From positions 102,222-166,221 of the forward strand of contig OZ223198.1 in the NCBI GenBank assembly GCA_965140345.1: 64,000 bases of DNA, given 5' to 3'. Made by a program: the position numbers and the translations under genes. The notes below the pieces were generated by a model, which saw only the letters and a list, made by a program, of their open reading frames with translations, had not been told where the DNA came from and searched no databases. Positions 43,130-53,770 of this stretch are shown here, in pieces (within the stretch, counting starts at the first letter, position 1; each line of letters starts with the position of its first letter). The stretch comes from Candidatus Kapaibacterium sp. (GTDB lineage Bacteria; Bacteroidota; Ignavibacteria; Kapaibacteriales; UBA2268).

Positions 43130-43696
43130 ATGAAGCTAATAAATACTCCCAAAAAACTCGCTTTTCTAGCCAAAGTGCAACATTATTTCAAAAAGGTATT
43201 AATTGGTTTTATACTTTTCGAAATTGCAATCTTTGTGCTATTTAACATACTCCCCTTCAATTTCAACAGCAAAGATGTGGCAGACATGGTTTGTTTCTCG
43301 TTATTTGCTGCAGATATATTGTTCATATTTTTAAGTGCAATCCTAATTATGAACAAACATAGTACAATTCTAACCACAATTTTGGGTTTTATCGGTACTT
43401 TAATTATAGCGTTTTCTAGTATTGGAGCTTTTTTTCTAATCAGTATTCTTGTAATAATAAGTGGTAACAGTGAATCGGTCATATTTCAAAATAAAGAGTA
43501 TCCTAATATCACAATAAAGAGAAGCTCTTTTGATATTGGTGCTTATGACAGTGGCGGAGGCTCCGTAGATATAGTTAAAGAAATCCGGATGCCAATAATA
43601 AACCTTCAGACTGCCATAGATACAAACTTGATAGATAGATCCAGATGGATTAGAGTTAAGAAAATGAAAAAATCCAGAAAGAGCAGTAAACCCTGA
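43130..43696 (+). CDS. Membrane protein, array 3 member 4
   Basis: 3 TM segments; DIGAYDS shared with member 2 (DTGAYSS); IDTNLIDRSRWIRV. Confidence 0.7.
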   Translation: MKLINTPKKLAFLAKVQHYFKKVLIGFILFEIAIFVLFNILPFNFNSKDVADMVCFSLFAADILFIFLSAILIMNKHSTILTTILGFIGTLIIAFSSIGAFFLISILVIISGNSESVIFQNKEYPNITIKRSSFDIGAYDSGGGSVDIVKEIRMPIINLQTAIDTNLIDRSRWIRVKKMKKSRKSSKP

Positions 43697-43886
43697 GAAA
43701 GTGCTTACTGCTCTTTTATATATTCTTTGAAGATTTTTAATCTATTCGCCAACAACAATAATAATTTCTCAATTTAAATTTACAAGAAATGTTGTAAATC
43801 AAGTTATTGATTCATCTCCACCCAAAAAAAAGAGCAGCACTTTAATAAGTACTGCTCTCTAAATGTATCATAAATTAAAAGTTAGA

Positions 43887-44936
43887 TTATCCGATTTCCC
43901 AGAAATCTTCGCCTTTCATTAGTGTTTCTAAATCGCCTTCGCCTAATTTATCTTTAGCTGCCTGAATCTGATCAGTTACTAAATCATTATATGTTGGTTT
44001 TTCTATATCTAAGAATACGCCAAACGGGCGAGGTACATTTTCATGATAAGTCATGTTCGCTAAGATAAATGCAAGCATAGTATCTTTTTCGTTATGAACA
44101 ATCAAATCATCAGCTGAGTGTTTGCCGTCAGTTAAAGAAACAACTGTTGGAGTGAAACCATCAAGTTTGATACCTTTATCTCTATTGATACCAAAGATTA
44201 ACGGTTGACCGTGTTCTAACTGAACAGTGTTTTCTGCTCTGCCTTCTTTAGCTGAGAAGCTGTCAAATGCAGAGTTATTAAAGATAACGCAGTTTGCGTA
44301 TACTTCGCAGAATGAAACACCTTTATGAGCATTCGCTCTTTCAAAAAGCATTTTCAAATCTTTAGGATCTTTATCGATACCACGAGCAAAGAAAGTAGCA
44401 CCTGAACCTAAAGCTAATGCAGGAGGATTGAACGGATGATCAACAACACCAAAAGGTGAAGATTTAGTTTTTTGACCCGGTTGAGAAGTAGGTGAATACT
44501 GCCCTTTAGTCAAAGAATAAATTTCATTGTTGAACATCAAGATATTCAAATCAATATTTCTACGGCAAGCGTGAATCATGTGATTACCGCCGATACTCAT
44601 ACAGTCACCATCACCTGTAGCAACCCACACTGACATGTCAGGGCGAGAAGTTTTAAGACCTGATGCAATCGCCAAAGCGCGACCGTGGATTGTATGGAAT
44701 CCGTATACATCCATATAATAAGGGAAGCGACTAGAGCAGCCGATACCTGAAATAAATGCTATTTTTTCTTTAGGAATACCTAATTCAGGCATAATTTTTT
44801 GAACCTGACTTAAGATCGCATAGCCACCACAACCTGCACACCAGCGTACATCAATACCTGCTTTGAAATCAGAAGCTTTATATTCTAAAGTTCCAATATG
44901 GGGCTTATTTACTATATCATCAACATGTGTAAACAT
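43887..44936 (-). CDS. korB: 2-oxoacid:ferredoxin oxidoreductase beta subunit
   Basis: WCAGCG, SGIGCSSR, TIHGRA, GDGD TPP motif, YSLTKGQYSPT. Confidence 0.92.
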   Translation of the reverse strand: MFTHVDDIVNKPHIGTLEYKASDFKAGIDVRWCAGCGGYAILSQVQKIMPELGIPKEKIAFISGIGCSSRFPYYMDVYGFHTIHGRALAIASGLKTSRPDMSVWVATGDGDCMSIGGNHMIHACRRNIDLNILMFNNEIYSLTKGQYSPTSQPGQKTKSSPFGVVDHPFNPPALALGSGATFFARGIDKDPKDLKMLFERANAHKGVSFCEVYANCVIFNNSAFDSFSAKEGRAENTVQLEHGQPLIFGINRDKGIKLDGFTPTVVSLTDGKHSADDLIVHNEKDTMLAFILANMTYHENVPRPFGVFLDIEKPTYNDLVTDQIQAAKDKLGEGDLETLMKGEDFWEIG

Positions 44937-44937
44937 C

Positions 44938-46776
44938 TTATTTGCCCTCCTGTAACAATTCATTTACTCTATCTTCTATTTCATGTGCTTTAAGCGGTTT
45001 ACCAATAACCTTAGAATATTTGATTACGTCTACCATATATTTAGAGCGAATCAAAGTAGCAAGGTGTCCTGTATTTAATTCAGGAAGAAGCACTCTATCA
45101 AATTTGTTAAGTACATCACCCAAGTTTTTAGGGAATGGATTCAAGTAACGCAAGTGAGCATAAGATACTTTTTTGCCTTCGCTTCTAAGTTTATCAAATG
45201 CATCTTTAAGAGCGCCGTAAGTACCGCCCCAACCTAAGATTAGTAAATCGCCTTCCTGTTCGCCTTCTACTTGAAGGTCAGGAATTGAGTTAGCTATTCT
45301 TTCTACTTTTTCAGCACGGAATTTAATCATTTTTTCGTGATTTTCAGGATCAGTAGATACCAAACCAGTGATATCTTCTTTTTCCAAACCACCGATTCTG
45401 TGTTCCAAACCTTCAGTGCCCGGAATAGCCCACATGCGAGCAAGAGTTTCAGGGTCACGTTTGTAAGGAGCAAAAGTTTCTTTATCTGTAGCAAATTTAA
45501 CATTGATGTCAGGTATTTCATCCATAGCAGGAATTCTCCAAGGGTTAGTACCTTGAGCAATATATCCATCAGTTAAAAGAATTACAGGAGTCATATATTC
45601 TAAAGCAATTCTAGAAGCTTCTACAGTCACTTCAAAGCAATCAGCTGCACTGCTAGCGCAAAGAATCGGCATTGGAGCTTCGCCGTGTCTGCCGTACATA
45701 GCCATCAACAAATCAGATTGTTCAGGTTTTGTAGGAAGACCTGTAGATGGACCTGCTCTTTGAACATCCACGATAACAAGCGGCAATTCTAAGATAACTG
45801 CCAAGCCCATAGCTTCTACTTTCAAAGAAAGCCCGGGACCACTAGTTGTTGTTACAGCTAAGTTACCACCATAAGATGCACCAATAGCAGAGCAAATACC
45901 TGCGATTTCATCTTCTGCCTGATAAGTTTTTACACCAAAGTTTTTATATTCAGATAAAAAGTGTAAAATTTCAGTAGCAGGAGTAATAGGATAAGATCCT
46001 AAGAAAAGCGGTAATTTCGCTTTTTTAGATGCAGCGACCATACCAAGAGCAACTGCATTATTACCGGTAATGTTACGATAAAAACCTTTTTTGAGGTTAG
46101 CATTTTTGATTTTATATTGAGTATCAAATTTATCGCTTGCATTTGCGTAATCGAAACCGGCTTTTAGTACTTTTAAGTTAGAATCAAGAATTTCAGGTTT
46201 TTTACCAAATTTGGCATGCAACCATTTTTCAGTTGGTTCTAAAGGTCTGTCAAACAACCAGTAAGTAATACCGAGTGCAAAAATATTTTTAGTTCTTGCA
46301 ATGTTTTTTGAAGACATACCGGTATCAGCTAATAGATCTTTCACTTCGTTAGTCATGTCAATAGCATAGACTTTATAATCTTCTAGTGAACCGTTTTCTA
46401 ATGGACTTATATCATATTTAGCTAGTTCTAAGTTTTTCTTACCGAAACCGGCCGTATTGCAGACTATAATTCCACCTTTTTTCACCTGAGGAAGATTGAC
46501 TTTCAGAGAAGAGGCGTTCATAGCCACAAGTACATCAATTTCGCTACCGGGAGTGTTCACTTTTTTAGAACCAAATTGAATTTGGTAAGCGCTCACACCA
46601 TACAAAGTGCCTTCAGGGGCACGAATTTCAGATGGATAATCAGGGAATGTATTTACATCATTACCAACAATACCGGACGTATTCGAGAACTGCGTACCGC
46701 TAAGCTGCATACCGTCCCCTGAGTCACCGGCGAACCTTATCGTTACCTCATCGAGGAATTCTACTTTTTGTTCCAT
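44938..46776 (-). CDS. korA: 2-oxoacid:ferredoxin oxidoreductase alpha subunit
   Basis: GDSGDGMQL, YPSEIRAP, YPITPA, QAEDE, TSGPG, DVQRAGPSTGLPT. Confidence 0.92.
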   Translation of the reverse strand: MEQKVEFLDEVTIRFAGDSGDGMQLSGTQFSNTSGIVGNDVNTFPDYPSEIRAPEGTLYGVSAYQIQFGSKKVNTPGSEIDVLVAMNASSLKVNLPQVKKGGIIVCNTAGFGKKNLELAKYDISPLENGSLEDYKVYAIDMTNEVKDLLADTGMSSKNIARTKNIFALGITYWLFDRPLEPTEKWLHAKFGKKPEILDSNLKVLKAGFDYANASDKFDTQYKIKNANLKKGFYRNITGNNAVALGMVAASKKAKLPLFLGSYPITPATEILHFLSEYKNFGVKTYQAEDEIAGICSAIGASYGGNLAVTTTSGPGLSLKVEAMGLAVILELPLVIVDVQRAGPSTGLPTKPEQSDLLMAMYGRHGEAPMPILCASSAADCFEVTVEASRIALEYMTPVILLTDGYIAQGTNPWRIPAMDEIPDINVKFATDKETFAPYKRDPETLARMWAIPGTEGLEHRIGGLEKEDITGLVSTDPENHEKMIKFRAEKVERIANSIPDLQVEGEQEGDLLILGWGGTYGALKDAFDKLRSEGKKVSYAHLRYLNPFPKNLGDVLNKFDRVLLPELNTGHLATLIRSKYMVDVIKYSKVIGKPLKAHEIEDRVNELLQEGK

Positions 46777-46971
46777 TTGGATTTTAAAACCTTCTTACTT
46801 GTTTGTTTAACTAAAGAACTGATGAAGACTTAACTTGTAAAATTAGCAAAAAAGCCAGTAAAGTCAAGCAGTTTATTATCTATAAAGTTATTCTCATGAT
46901 TTTGTTCATATATCATAACATTTAAGTAAGACCTAAACTATGGACTATTGAGTGTGATCAATTACCTTTAT

Positions 46972-47057
46972 AAAAAGGCATACAAAAATGTTTTCCCTTT
47001 TGTAGATTTAGTGTGCTACTAAATCTAACAAAAAAACAAATATCTGTATGCCTTTTT
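46972..47057. terminator. Nested double hairpin / terminator
   Basis: Outer arms AAAAAGGCATACA/TGTATGCCTTTTT; inner TAGATTTAGT/ACTAAATCTA. Confidence 0.55.
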
Positions 47058-47095
47058 TTTCAAAAAAAATGCTATATAAATTTAACAATTAAAGT

Positions 47096-48091
47096 TTAGA
47101 CAAGGCTATAATTTGTAATAGCTTTCATATATTGTGCTCTTTCAAATTTTGTAGCATTAGCTTCTTTATGTTTGCTCATGCTGCCTTGCATTTGCTCAAT
47201 AGAATCATACTCTTTATTATGCATCCAAGTCTGCATATCATTAAGTATCGTTTCAATATGGTTGATACCATATTTCAATAATGCAGAAGCCATCATAGTT
47301 ACATTTGCGCCAACCATCATTAATTTAAGAACATCTTCTGCAGTGTGCACACCACTTGTAGCAGCCAAATCTGCTTGCAATCTGTATTTCAATATAGCTA
47401 TCCAACGAAGGGCTAAACGAATTTCAGAGGAGTCACTTAAAACGATGCTTGGTTCCACTTCCAATTCGTCAAGATTAATATCAGGCTGGTAAAATCTATT
47501 AAATAAAACTAAAGCATTTGCACCTGCTTCATCAAATTTTTTCGCAGTATTAGCCATATTGGTGAAATATGGGCTAAGTTTTACAGCTACAGGAATATTC
47601 ACATGTTTTTTAACTGCATGTAAGATATCTAAATAAGATTTTTCTAACTGCTCTGCAGAAAATTCGAATTCTGTAGGAACATTATATATATTCAATTCGA
47701 TTGCGTCAGCGCCTGCACTTTCCATATTTTTGGCATACTCTGCCCATGATCCCGGAGTTGATGCATTCAGAGAAGCAATGATAGGAATATCTACAGATTC
47801 TTTTGCTTTCATGATGTGTTTGATATATTCATCCGGACCTAACTTATACTCATCAGGTTCAGGGAAGTAAGAAAGAGCTTCAGCAAAGCTTTCTGTACCT
47901 TGAGTAGTGTGGTAGTGCAAACTTTTCTGTTCTAAAGTAAGTTGCTCTTCAAATAAAGAATATAAAACTACGGCAGCTGCGCCTGCATCTTCCATTTTTT
48001 TGATATTATCAATAGATTCCGAAAGAGGATTAGCTGAAACAACCAATGGGTTCTTCAGTTCCATGCCTAGATAGTTTGTCTTAAGATTCAT
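47096..48091 (-). CDS. Dihydroorotate dehydrogenase-like flavoprotein (PFOR-associated)
   Basis: FMN barrel motifs AVKLSP, LFNRF, ATSG; ELNIYN instead of ELNxSCPN. Confidence 0.85.
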   Translation of the reverse strand: MNLKTNYLGMELKNPLVVSANPLSESIDNIKKMEDAGAAAVVLYSLFEEQLTLEQKSLHYHTTQGTESFAEALSYFPEPDEYKLGPDEYIKHIMKAKESVDIPIIASLNASTPGSWAEYAKNMESAGADAIELNIYNVPTEFEFSAEQLEKSYLDILHAVKKHVNIPVAVKLSPYFTNMANTAKKFDEAGANALVLFNRFYQPDINLDELEVEPSIVLSDSSEIRLALRWIAILKYRLQADLAATSGVHTAEDVLKLMMVGANVTMMASALLKYGINHIETILNDMQTWMHNKEYDSIEQMQGSMSKHKEANATKFERAQYMKAITNYSLV

Positions 48092-48145
48092 TACTTAAAC
48101 CTATAATTTAATTAGCAAATAGAATTAATCACTATAATAAAAAAA

Positions 48146-48331
48146 CGGGCAATATGAAAAATATTGCCCGCTAATTTAACTTATATAAAAATTTACAGGA
48201 TTCTATTTACAGAATGGATCTGCACATTGCAAATAAACCTCATTATCTATCATATCATAAAATTGTATACTAGAAAATAATAGCAAATCTATTTAAAAAA
48301 AACGGACAATACCAAAAAATGATATTGTCCG
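48146..48331 (-). terminator. Two similar terminator hairpins downstream of nifJ
   Basis: CGGGCAATAT/ATATTGCCCG at 48146-48170 and CGGACAATA/TATTGTCCG at 48303-48331, each with an A-tract on the + strand. Confidence 0.65.
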
Positions 48332-48362
48332 CTGTATATATCTGATAATGTACTATCTAGAC

Positions 48363-51300
48363 TTAGTCTTTATCTGCTAAGTATTTGTACATTTCGTATC
48401 TTTCTTTAACGTTTTGTTGAGCCATATCATAATATTTAGCTGCAACTTCAGGTTTAGACTTAGTAAGCATTCTGAAACGGTTTTCCATATTCATAAAGTC
48501 TTTAACATCTATTTTTGGAGGTTTAGAGTCTAATATAAATGGATTTTTACCTTCCATAGTCAATTCAGGATTATATCTGTAAAGCAACCACTGACCTGAA
48601 TCTACCACAGCTTTCTGATGTTTCAATGGAGAAGACATATCAATACCGTGAGCGATACAGTGTGAGTATGCTAAGATAATAGAAGGTCCGTCATAAGCTT
48701 CTGCTTCTAAGAATGTTTTCAATGTATGGCTGTCATTTGCACCAAGTGCAACTGAACCAACATAAACACTGCCATAGCTCATAGCCATCATACCAAGATC
48801 TTTTTTACGAGTTGCTTTACCACCTGCAGAGAATTTTGCAATTGCGCTAAGTGGAGTAGCTTTTGAAGTCTGGCCACCCGTGTTAGAATAAACTTCAGTA
48901 TCCATAACAAGGATGTTTACGTTTTGACCTGTAGCAATTACGTGGTCAAGACCACCATAACCAATATCATAAGCCCAACCGTCACCACCGATAATCCATA
49001 CAGATTTTTTAACTAAATAATCTGCAACAGTAAGTAAGCGTTTAGCTTCGTATTTGTTGTTACCCGCTAATTTATCTTTTAATGCAGCAACTCTTTCTCT
49101 TTGTTCTGCAATTCCTTTTTCGTCTTTTTGATCTGCATTTAAAATTCCATCAACAAAATCCTGACCAAGATCGCCTGCTAATTGAACGATTAATTCTTTT
49201 GCCATGCTACCTTGTTTGTCAATTGCAAGACGGAAACCAAGACCAAACTCAGCATTATCTTCAAATAATGAGTTTGACCATGCAGGACCGCGCCCATTAT
49301 GGTCAAATGTCCAAGGAGTTGTTGGTAAGTTACCACCATAGATTGAAGAACAACCTGTTGCATTTGCAACTACAGCTCTGTCACCAAATAACTGAGAAAC
49401 CAATTTAACGTAAGGAGTTTCACCGCAACCTGCGCAAGCACCGGAGAATTCGAACAATGGTCTTTGCATTTGCTGCTGACGGATAGTGTTCACTTTAAGA
49501 GTTGTTCTGTCCGGATCAGGAATATTCAAGAAGAAGTCCCAGTTAGCAGCTTCAGATTTACGAATTGGTGGCTGTGGAGCCATATTAATTGCTTTCAAAG
49601 CAGTATTTGATTTGTTTTTAGCAGGACATACTTCAACACAAACGCCGCAACCTGTACAATCTTCAGGAGCAACTTGAACTGTGTATTTCATGCCTTTAAA
49701 TGCTTTGTCAGAAGAGTCAATTGATTTGAATGTTTCAGGTGCATTGTCAAGGATTGCAGAATCATAAGCTTTCACACGGATAGCAGCATGAGGGCAAACC
49801 ATAGAACATTTACCGCACTGAATACAAATTTCTTCGTCCCAAACAGGGATTTCCAAAGCGATAGAGCGTTTTTCCCACTGAGAAGTACCTGTTGGGAAAG
49901 TACCATCTTTAGGGAAAGCACTTACAGGAACATCATCGCCTTTACCTGCGATCAAGTGAGATAAAGTATTTTTAACAAAATCAGGAGCTTTGTCTGAAAC
50001 TTCATTGCTTATATCAAACTGTGAAGTAACAGTATCTTTAACTTCGATTTCGTGTAAGTGTTCTAATGTATTGTCAACAGCTTTAAGGTTCATGTTTACA
50101 ATTTCATCACCTTTTTTGCCGTAAGTTTTTTTGATAGATTGTTTAATAGCTGCAATAGCTTCATCACGTTTCAAAACGCCTGATATAGCAAAGAAACATA
50201 CTTGCATTACAGTATTAATTCTACGACCCATACCTGAGTTTTCAGCTACTGATTGAGCATCAATTGCATATACTTTGATTTTTTTGTCAATGATGATTTT
50301 CTGAGTTGTTTTAGGAAGTTTATCCCAAACTTCAGAAGGTTCACCAGGGATGTTAATCAAGAAAGTACCGCCTTCTTTGATACCATCAAGCATATTGTAT
50401 TGCTCTAAGAATACAGTTTGGTGGCATGCAATGAAGTTAGCTGAAGTAATAAGATATTCAGAACGAATTATTTCAGGACCGAATCTCAAGTGAGAAGTAG
50501 TCAATGATCCAGCTTTTTTAGAGTCATATACAAAATAACCTTGTGCATAGTTTTCAGTGTTTTCACCAATGATTTTGATTGAGTTTTTGTTAGCACCAAC
50601 AGTACCATCAGAACCCAAACCAAAGAAGATCGCACGGATTACATTTTCTTTTTCAATATCAAAAGATTTATCATAATCTAAAGAAGTATTAGAAACGTCG
50701 TCTTTGATACCAACTGTGAAGTGGTTTTTAGGATTATCTAATGATAAATTATCATAGATAGCTTTAACCATTGCAGGAGTGAACTCTTTAGAAGAAAGTC
50801 CGTAACGTCCACCTACAACTTTAGGGAATCCTGTCAATTTACCATAACCAGTGTTAATACCTTCAAATATTGCATTAAGCACATCATTATATAAAGGTTC
50901 GCCAACTGCACCAGGTTCTTTTGTTCTATCCATAACTGCAATTTTCTTAACAGATGCAGGAAGAACTTCCATAAAGCGTTTGATATCAAACGGACGGTAA
51001 ACTCTTACGTTAACTAAACCAATATTTTCGCCTTTAGCAGATAAATAGTCTATCGTTTCACGAACAGTCTGTTCAGCAGAACCCATAATCACGATTACTT
51101 TTTCAGCAGTATCGGAGCCATGGTATTCCATTAATTTGTACTGACGGCCTGTAAGAGAAGCAAATTTGTCCATTTGTTTTTGGATGATATCCGGGCAAGC
51201 TTCATAGAATCCGTTTACAGTTTCTCTATTTTGGAAGAAAACATCCGGATTTTGAGCAGTACCACGAATTACAGGATGATCAGGAGAAAGAGATCTTTCT

Positions 51301-51914
51301 CTGTGAGCAGCCACTAAATCATCATTAATCATTTCTTTCATTACATTATCTTGTAAAAGCTCAATTTTCGCAACTTCATGAGAAGTACGGAAACCATCAA
51401 AGAAATGTAGGAATGGAATTCGAGATTCTAAAGTGGAAGCCTGAGCTATTAGAGCCATATCCATTACTTCTTGAACAGAATTGGAACCAATGAAAGCAAA
51501 GCCTGTAGCTCTTGCCGCCATAATGTCACTGTGGTCACCAAAAATGGAGAGTGCATGAGTAGCCAAGGAGCGAGCTGTGATATTGAACACTGTTGGTGTC
51601 AATTCGCCTGCTATTTTGTACATATTTGGTATTTTAAGTAGCAAACCTTGAGATGCTGTAAAAGTAGTAGTCAAAGCACCCGCTTGCAAAGAACCGTGAA
51701 CAGCACCTGCTGCACCACCTTCACTTTGCATTTCACATACTACAGGCACATTGCCCCAAATATTTTTGATACCTTTTGCAGCCCATTCATCAGCCCATTC
51801 GCCCATATTAGATGACGGTGTGATTGGGTAAATCCCACATACCTCGTTCACACGGTACATCGTATAAGCAGCAGCCTCGTTTCCATCAATAGTCGCATAT
51901 ACTTTCTGACTCAT
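48363..51914 (-). CDS. nifJ: Pyruvate:ferredoxin (flavodoxin) oxidoreductase
   Basis: YPITPSS, MQSEGGAAG, two CxxCxxC ferredoxin motifs, GACAGCGE, GGDGWAYDIG. Confidence 0.97.
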   Translation of the reverse strand: MSQKVYATIDGNEAAAYTMYRVNEVCGIYPITPSSNMGEWADEWAAKGIKNIWGNVPVVCEMQSEGGAAGAVHGSLQAGALTTTFTASQGLLLKIPNMYKIAGELTPTVFNITARSLATHALSIFGDHSDIMAARATGFAFIGSNSVQEVMDMALIAQASTLESRIPFLHFFDGFRTSHEVAKIELLQDNVMKEMINDDLVAAHRERSLSPDHPVIRGTAQNPDVFFQNRETVNGFYEACPDIIQKQMDKFASLTGRQYKLMEYHGSDTAEKVIVIMGSAEQTVRETIDYLSAKGENIGLVNVRVYRPFDIKRFMEVLPASVKKIAVMDRTKEPGAVGEPLYNDVLNAIFEGINTGYGKLTGFPKVVGGRYGLSSKEFTPAMVKAIYDNLSLDNPKNHFTVGIKDDVSNTSLDYDKSFDIEKENVIRAIFFGLGSDGTVGANKNSIKIIGENTENYAQGYFVYDSKKAGSLTTSHLRFGPEIIRSEYLITSANFIACHQTVFLEQYNMLDGIKEGGTFLINIPGEPSEVWDKLPKTTQKIIIDKKIKVYAIDAQSVAENSGMGRRINTVMQVCFFAISGVLKRDEAIAAIKQSIKKTYGKKGDEIVNMNLKAVDNTLEHLHEIEVKDTVTSQFDISNEVSDKAPDFVKNTLSHLIAGKGDDVPVSAFPKDGTFPTGTSQWEKRSIALEIPVWDEEICIQCGKCSMVCPHAAIRVKAYDSAILDNAPETFKSIDSSDKAFKGMKYTVQVAPEDCTGCGVCVEVCPAKNKSNTALKAINMAPQPPIRKSEAANWDFFLNIPDPDRTTLKVNTIRQQQMQRPLFEFSGACAGCGETPYVKLVSQLFGDRAVVANATGCSSIYGGNLPTTPWTFDHNGRGPAWSNSLFEDNAEFGLGFRLAIDKQGSMAKELIVQLAGDLGQDFVDGILNADQKDEKGIAEQRERVAALKDKLAGNNKYEAKRLLTVADYLVKKSVWIIGGDGWAYDIGYGGLDHVIATGQNVNILVMDTEVYSNTGGQTSKATPLSAIAKFSAGGKATRKKDLGMMAMSYGSVYVGSVALGANDSHTLKTFLEAEAYDGPSIILAYSHCIAHGIDMSSPLKHQKAVVDSGQWLLYRYNPELTMEGKNPFILDSKPPKIDVKDFMNMENRFRMLTKSKPEVAAKYYDMAQQNVKERYEMYKYLADKD

Positions 51915-52366
51915 ACAAGGAACTCCTAAACGTAAAAAATGTATAAAAATGTCGTATATTGAGATCGATTCAAATTCAGTCGGGAAATGTAAAACATTCC
52001 CATTCTCAAATTAACAAAATTTTTTGCAAATATCCACATCTTATATACAGAATCCGAATATTAAACATTATTTCATTTCACATACTAAGTCTATTAAAAT
52101 TGGGACATTTGAAAAATCTTTTATTTCCTATATCTCCGAAATCTCAAATAAAAAAAGATAGACCTTTGAAATCACAATGAACTTATTTATATAATATTTA
52201 CAATAGCTTGATGTGTCCATTTTTATAAGAATGTTATCAATCCAAGCACTTTTTTCTAAATTTATAAACATAATTACTTTGAAAATTCTATTATATAAGA
52301 TGCTTTGTTTATATTATGGAATCAATAGGGTGATAAATTCGAAAAAGATATAAAAGCGTTTAAGAT

Positions 52367-52603
52367 ATGAACAATATACTGAATAAAATAGCCAATGGTC
52401 TTGATGTTGATGAACTAGCATCAGACTCCTCTATTTCAGTGTGCTTTGCAAATCTTCCACAATCAGCCGGTAAGGAAGCCTCTAAATGCCTTAATAATTG
52501 TGATTGTATAACACCTATACGATACTGTTGCGAATGTTTTTGCGATAGTATTTGTGATTTATTTTGCGACTCTTGTTGTGATGGTTGTTGTTGTGATACT
52601 TAA
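52367..52603 (+). CDS. Small Cys-rich protein (15 Cys in 78 aa)
   Basis: Open frame with a Cys/Asp-rich C-terminus CCECFCDSICDLFCDSCCDGCCCDT; upstream AGA-rich RBS-like sequence. Confidence 0.65.
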   Translation: MNNILNKIANGLDVDELASDSSISVCFANLPQSAGKEASKCLNNCDCITPIRYCCECFCDSICDLFCDSCCDGCCCDT

Positions 52604-52650
52604 TATATTTAACTACGAACCAAATTAACCTTAATATTATTCTTAACTAA

Positions 52651-53505
52651 ATGGAATTAGTTTCAGTGGTTGGAATTTTGAAGCCCAAATTATGTAAATT
52701 ACCTGAAGAAAGCAGAATAGTTTATAAATCTGTATATTGTTCTTTATGCCATGCTCTGAAGCAAAAACATGGTACAAAATATACTTTGTTCATTTCACAT
52801 GAACTTGTGCAAATCAATATTATGCTGCTTAAGTATTTCAAAATTGCTTCAACAGAGAAGAAATGTATAATTCCATTTAACCAATCAAAAAAAGATATAC
52901 TAATACATCCGGTTTTAGAGAAATCAGCTGATTTGTGCTTAATTTTAGTGTGGTTTAAAATTATTGATTCAAGAGTAGACAAAGAAAACTTAAAATACAG
53001 ACTATTATATCGTCTGTTAAAATCTAAAATAGAGCATATACTAAATACGCTGACAGAAGGTAGCAGGAAGGAGATTCATAAGTATATAGATGCAATCTAT
53101 AATAATTTGCCCTTTGAAGAGATGATTTATGCCACCGGTAATCTGGCAGAAACTTTTTTTTCTATATTAGCAAATGAGTTAGCATTACCTTTACATATAA
53201 ATAAAAGTATATCACCTCTATCTAATAACTACGGCAAACTAATTGCAATAAGCGACCCTTTGATTGACTTTATGGAAGACAGGAAACAAAACAAGTCAAA
53301 CCCTATAGAACTATCATGTTACAACTCATATTATAATATATACAAAGATCTATTGTCGGATACCATTAACTCGATGGAACAGCACTGTAAATCAGGTACT
53401 ATAAATTACTATGCAAAAACTTGCTTTATTATAGCCACACATCGTATTAGCCAATCCATTAATAAGACTCGAGTAGAACTTGAAAATAGTCTGTTACATA
53501 AGTAA
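52651..53505 (+). CDS. DUF5685-like protein (predicted all-alpha fold, Asp-rich motifs)
   Basis: VVGILKP...YCSLCHALKQKHG resembles the DUF5685 N-terminus as recalled; KIIDSRVD and SDPLIDFMED motifs. Confidence 0.65.
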   Translation: MELVSVVGILKPKLCKLPEESRIVYKSVYCSLCHALKQKHGTKYTLFISHELVQINIMLLKYFKIASTEKKCIIPFNQSKKDILIHPVLEKSADLCLILVWFKIIDSRVDKENLKYRLLYRLLKSKIEHILNTLTEGSRKEIHKYIDAIYNNLPFEEMIYATGNLAETFFSILANELALPLHINKSISPLSNNYGKLIAISDPLIDFMEDRKQNKSNPIELSCYNSYYNIYKDLLSDTINSMEQHCKSGTINYYAKTCFIIATHRISQSINKTRVELENSLLHK

Positions 53506-53564
53506 GTCTATAAAAAACAGTTTAGTAAGATTACAATCCCCACAATCTATTAAAAGTCAGAGGC

Positions 53565-53637
53565 AAAACAGCAAAAGAAGTGGGACAATCTCCCACCATC
53601 ACTTAGATTTTACTGATTTTACCCACAATTACCCCAA
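53565..53637. repeat. Direct repeat: duplicated lexA 3' end plus half terminator
   Basis: Matches 55985-56097 with a 40-bp deletion between two TCCCAC; the minus strand encodes GVIVGKISKI*. Confidence 0.85.
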
Positions 53638-53770
53638 AAATCTAAACAAGCGGATGTGCTTCAATATATTTCGTCTTATTTGAAACTATTTTGTAACTAA
53701 TTAATCACTAGATGTGTTTTATATTATACATGATAATTTTAATATAAAAGACAATATTTAAGGGATAATA

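Noticed and set aside
53480-53683. 67-aa ORF after the DUF5685-like gene
   Set aside because: Runs across the duplicated lexA end and terminator; probably spurious
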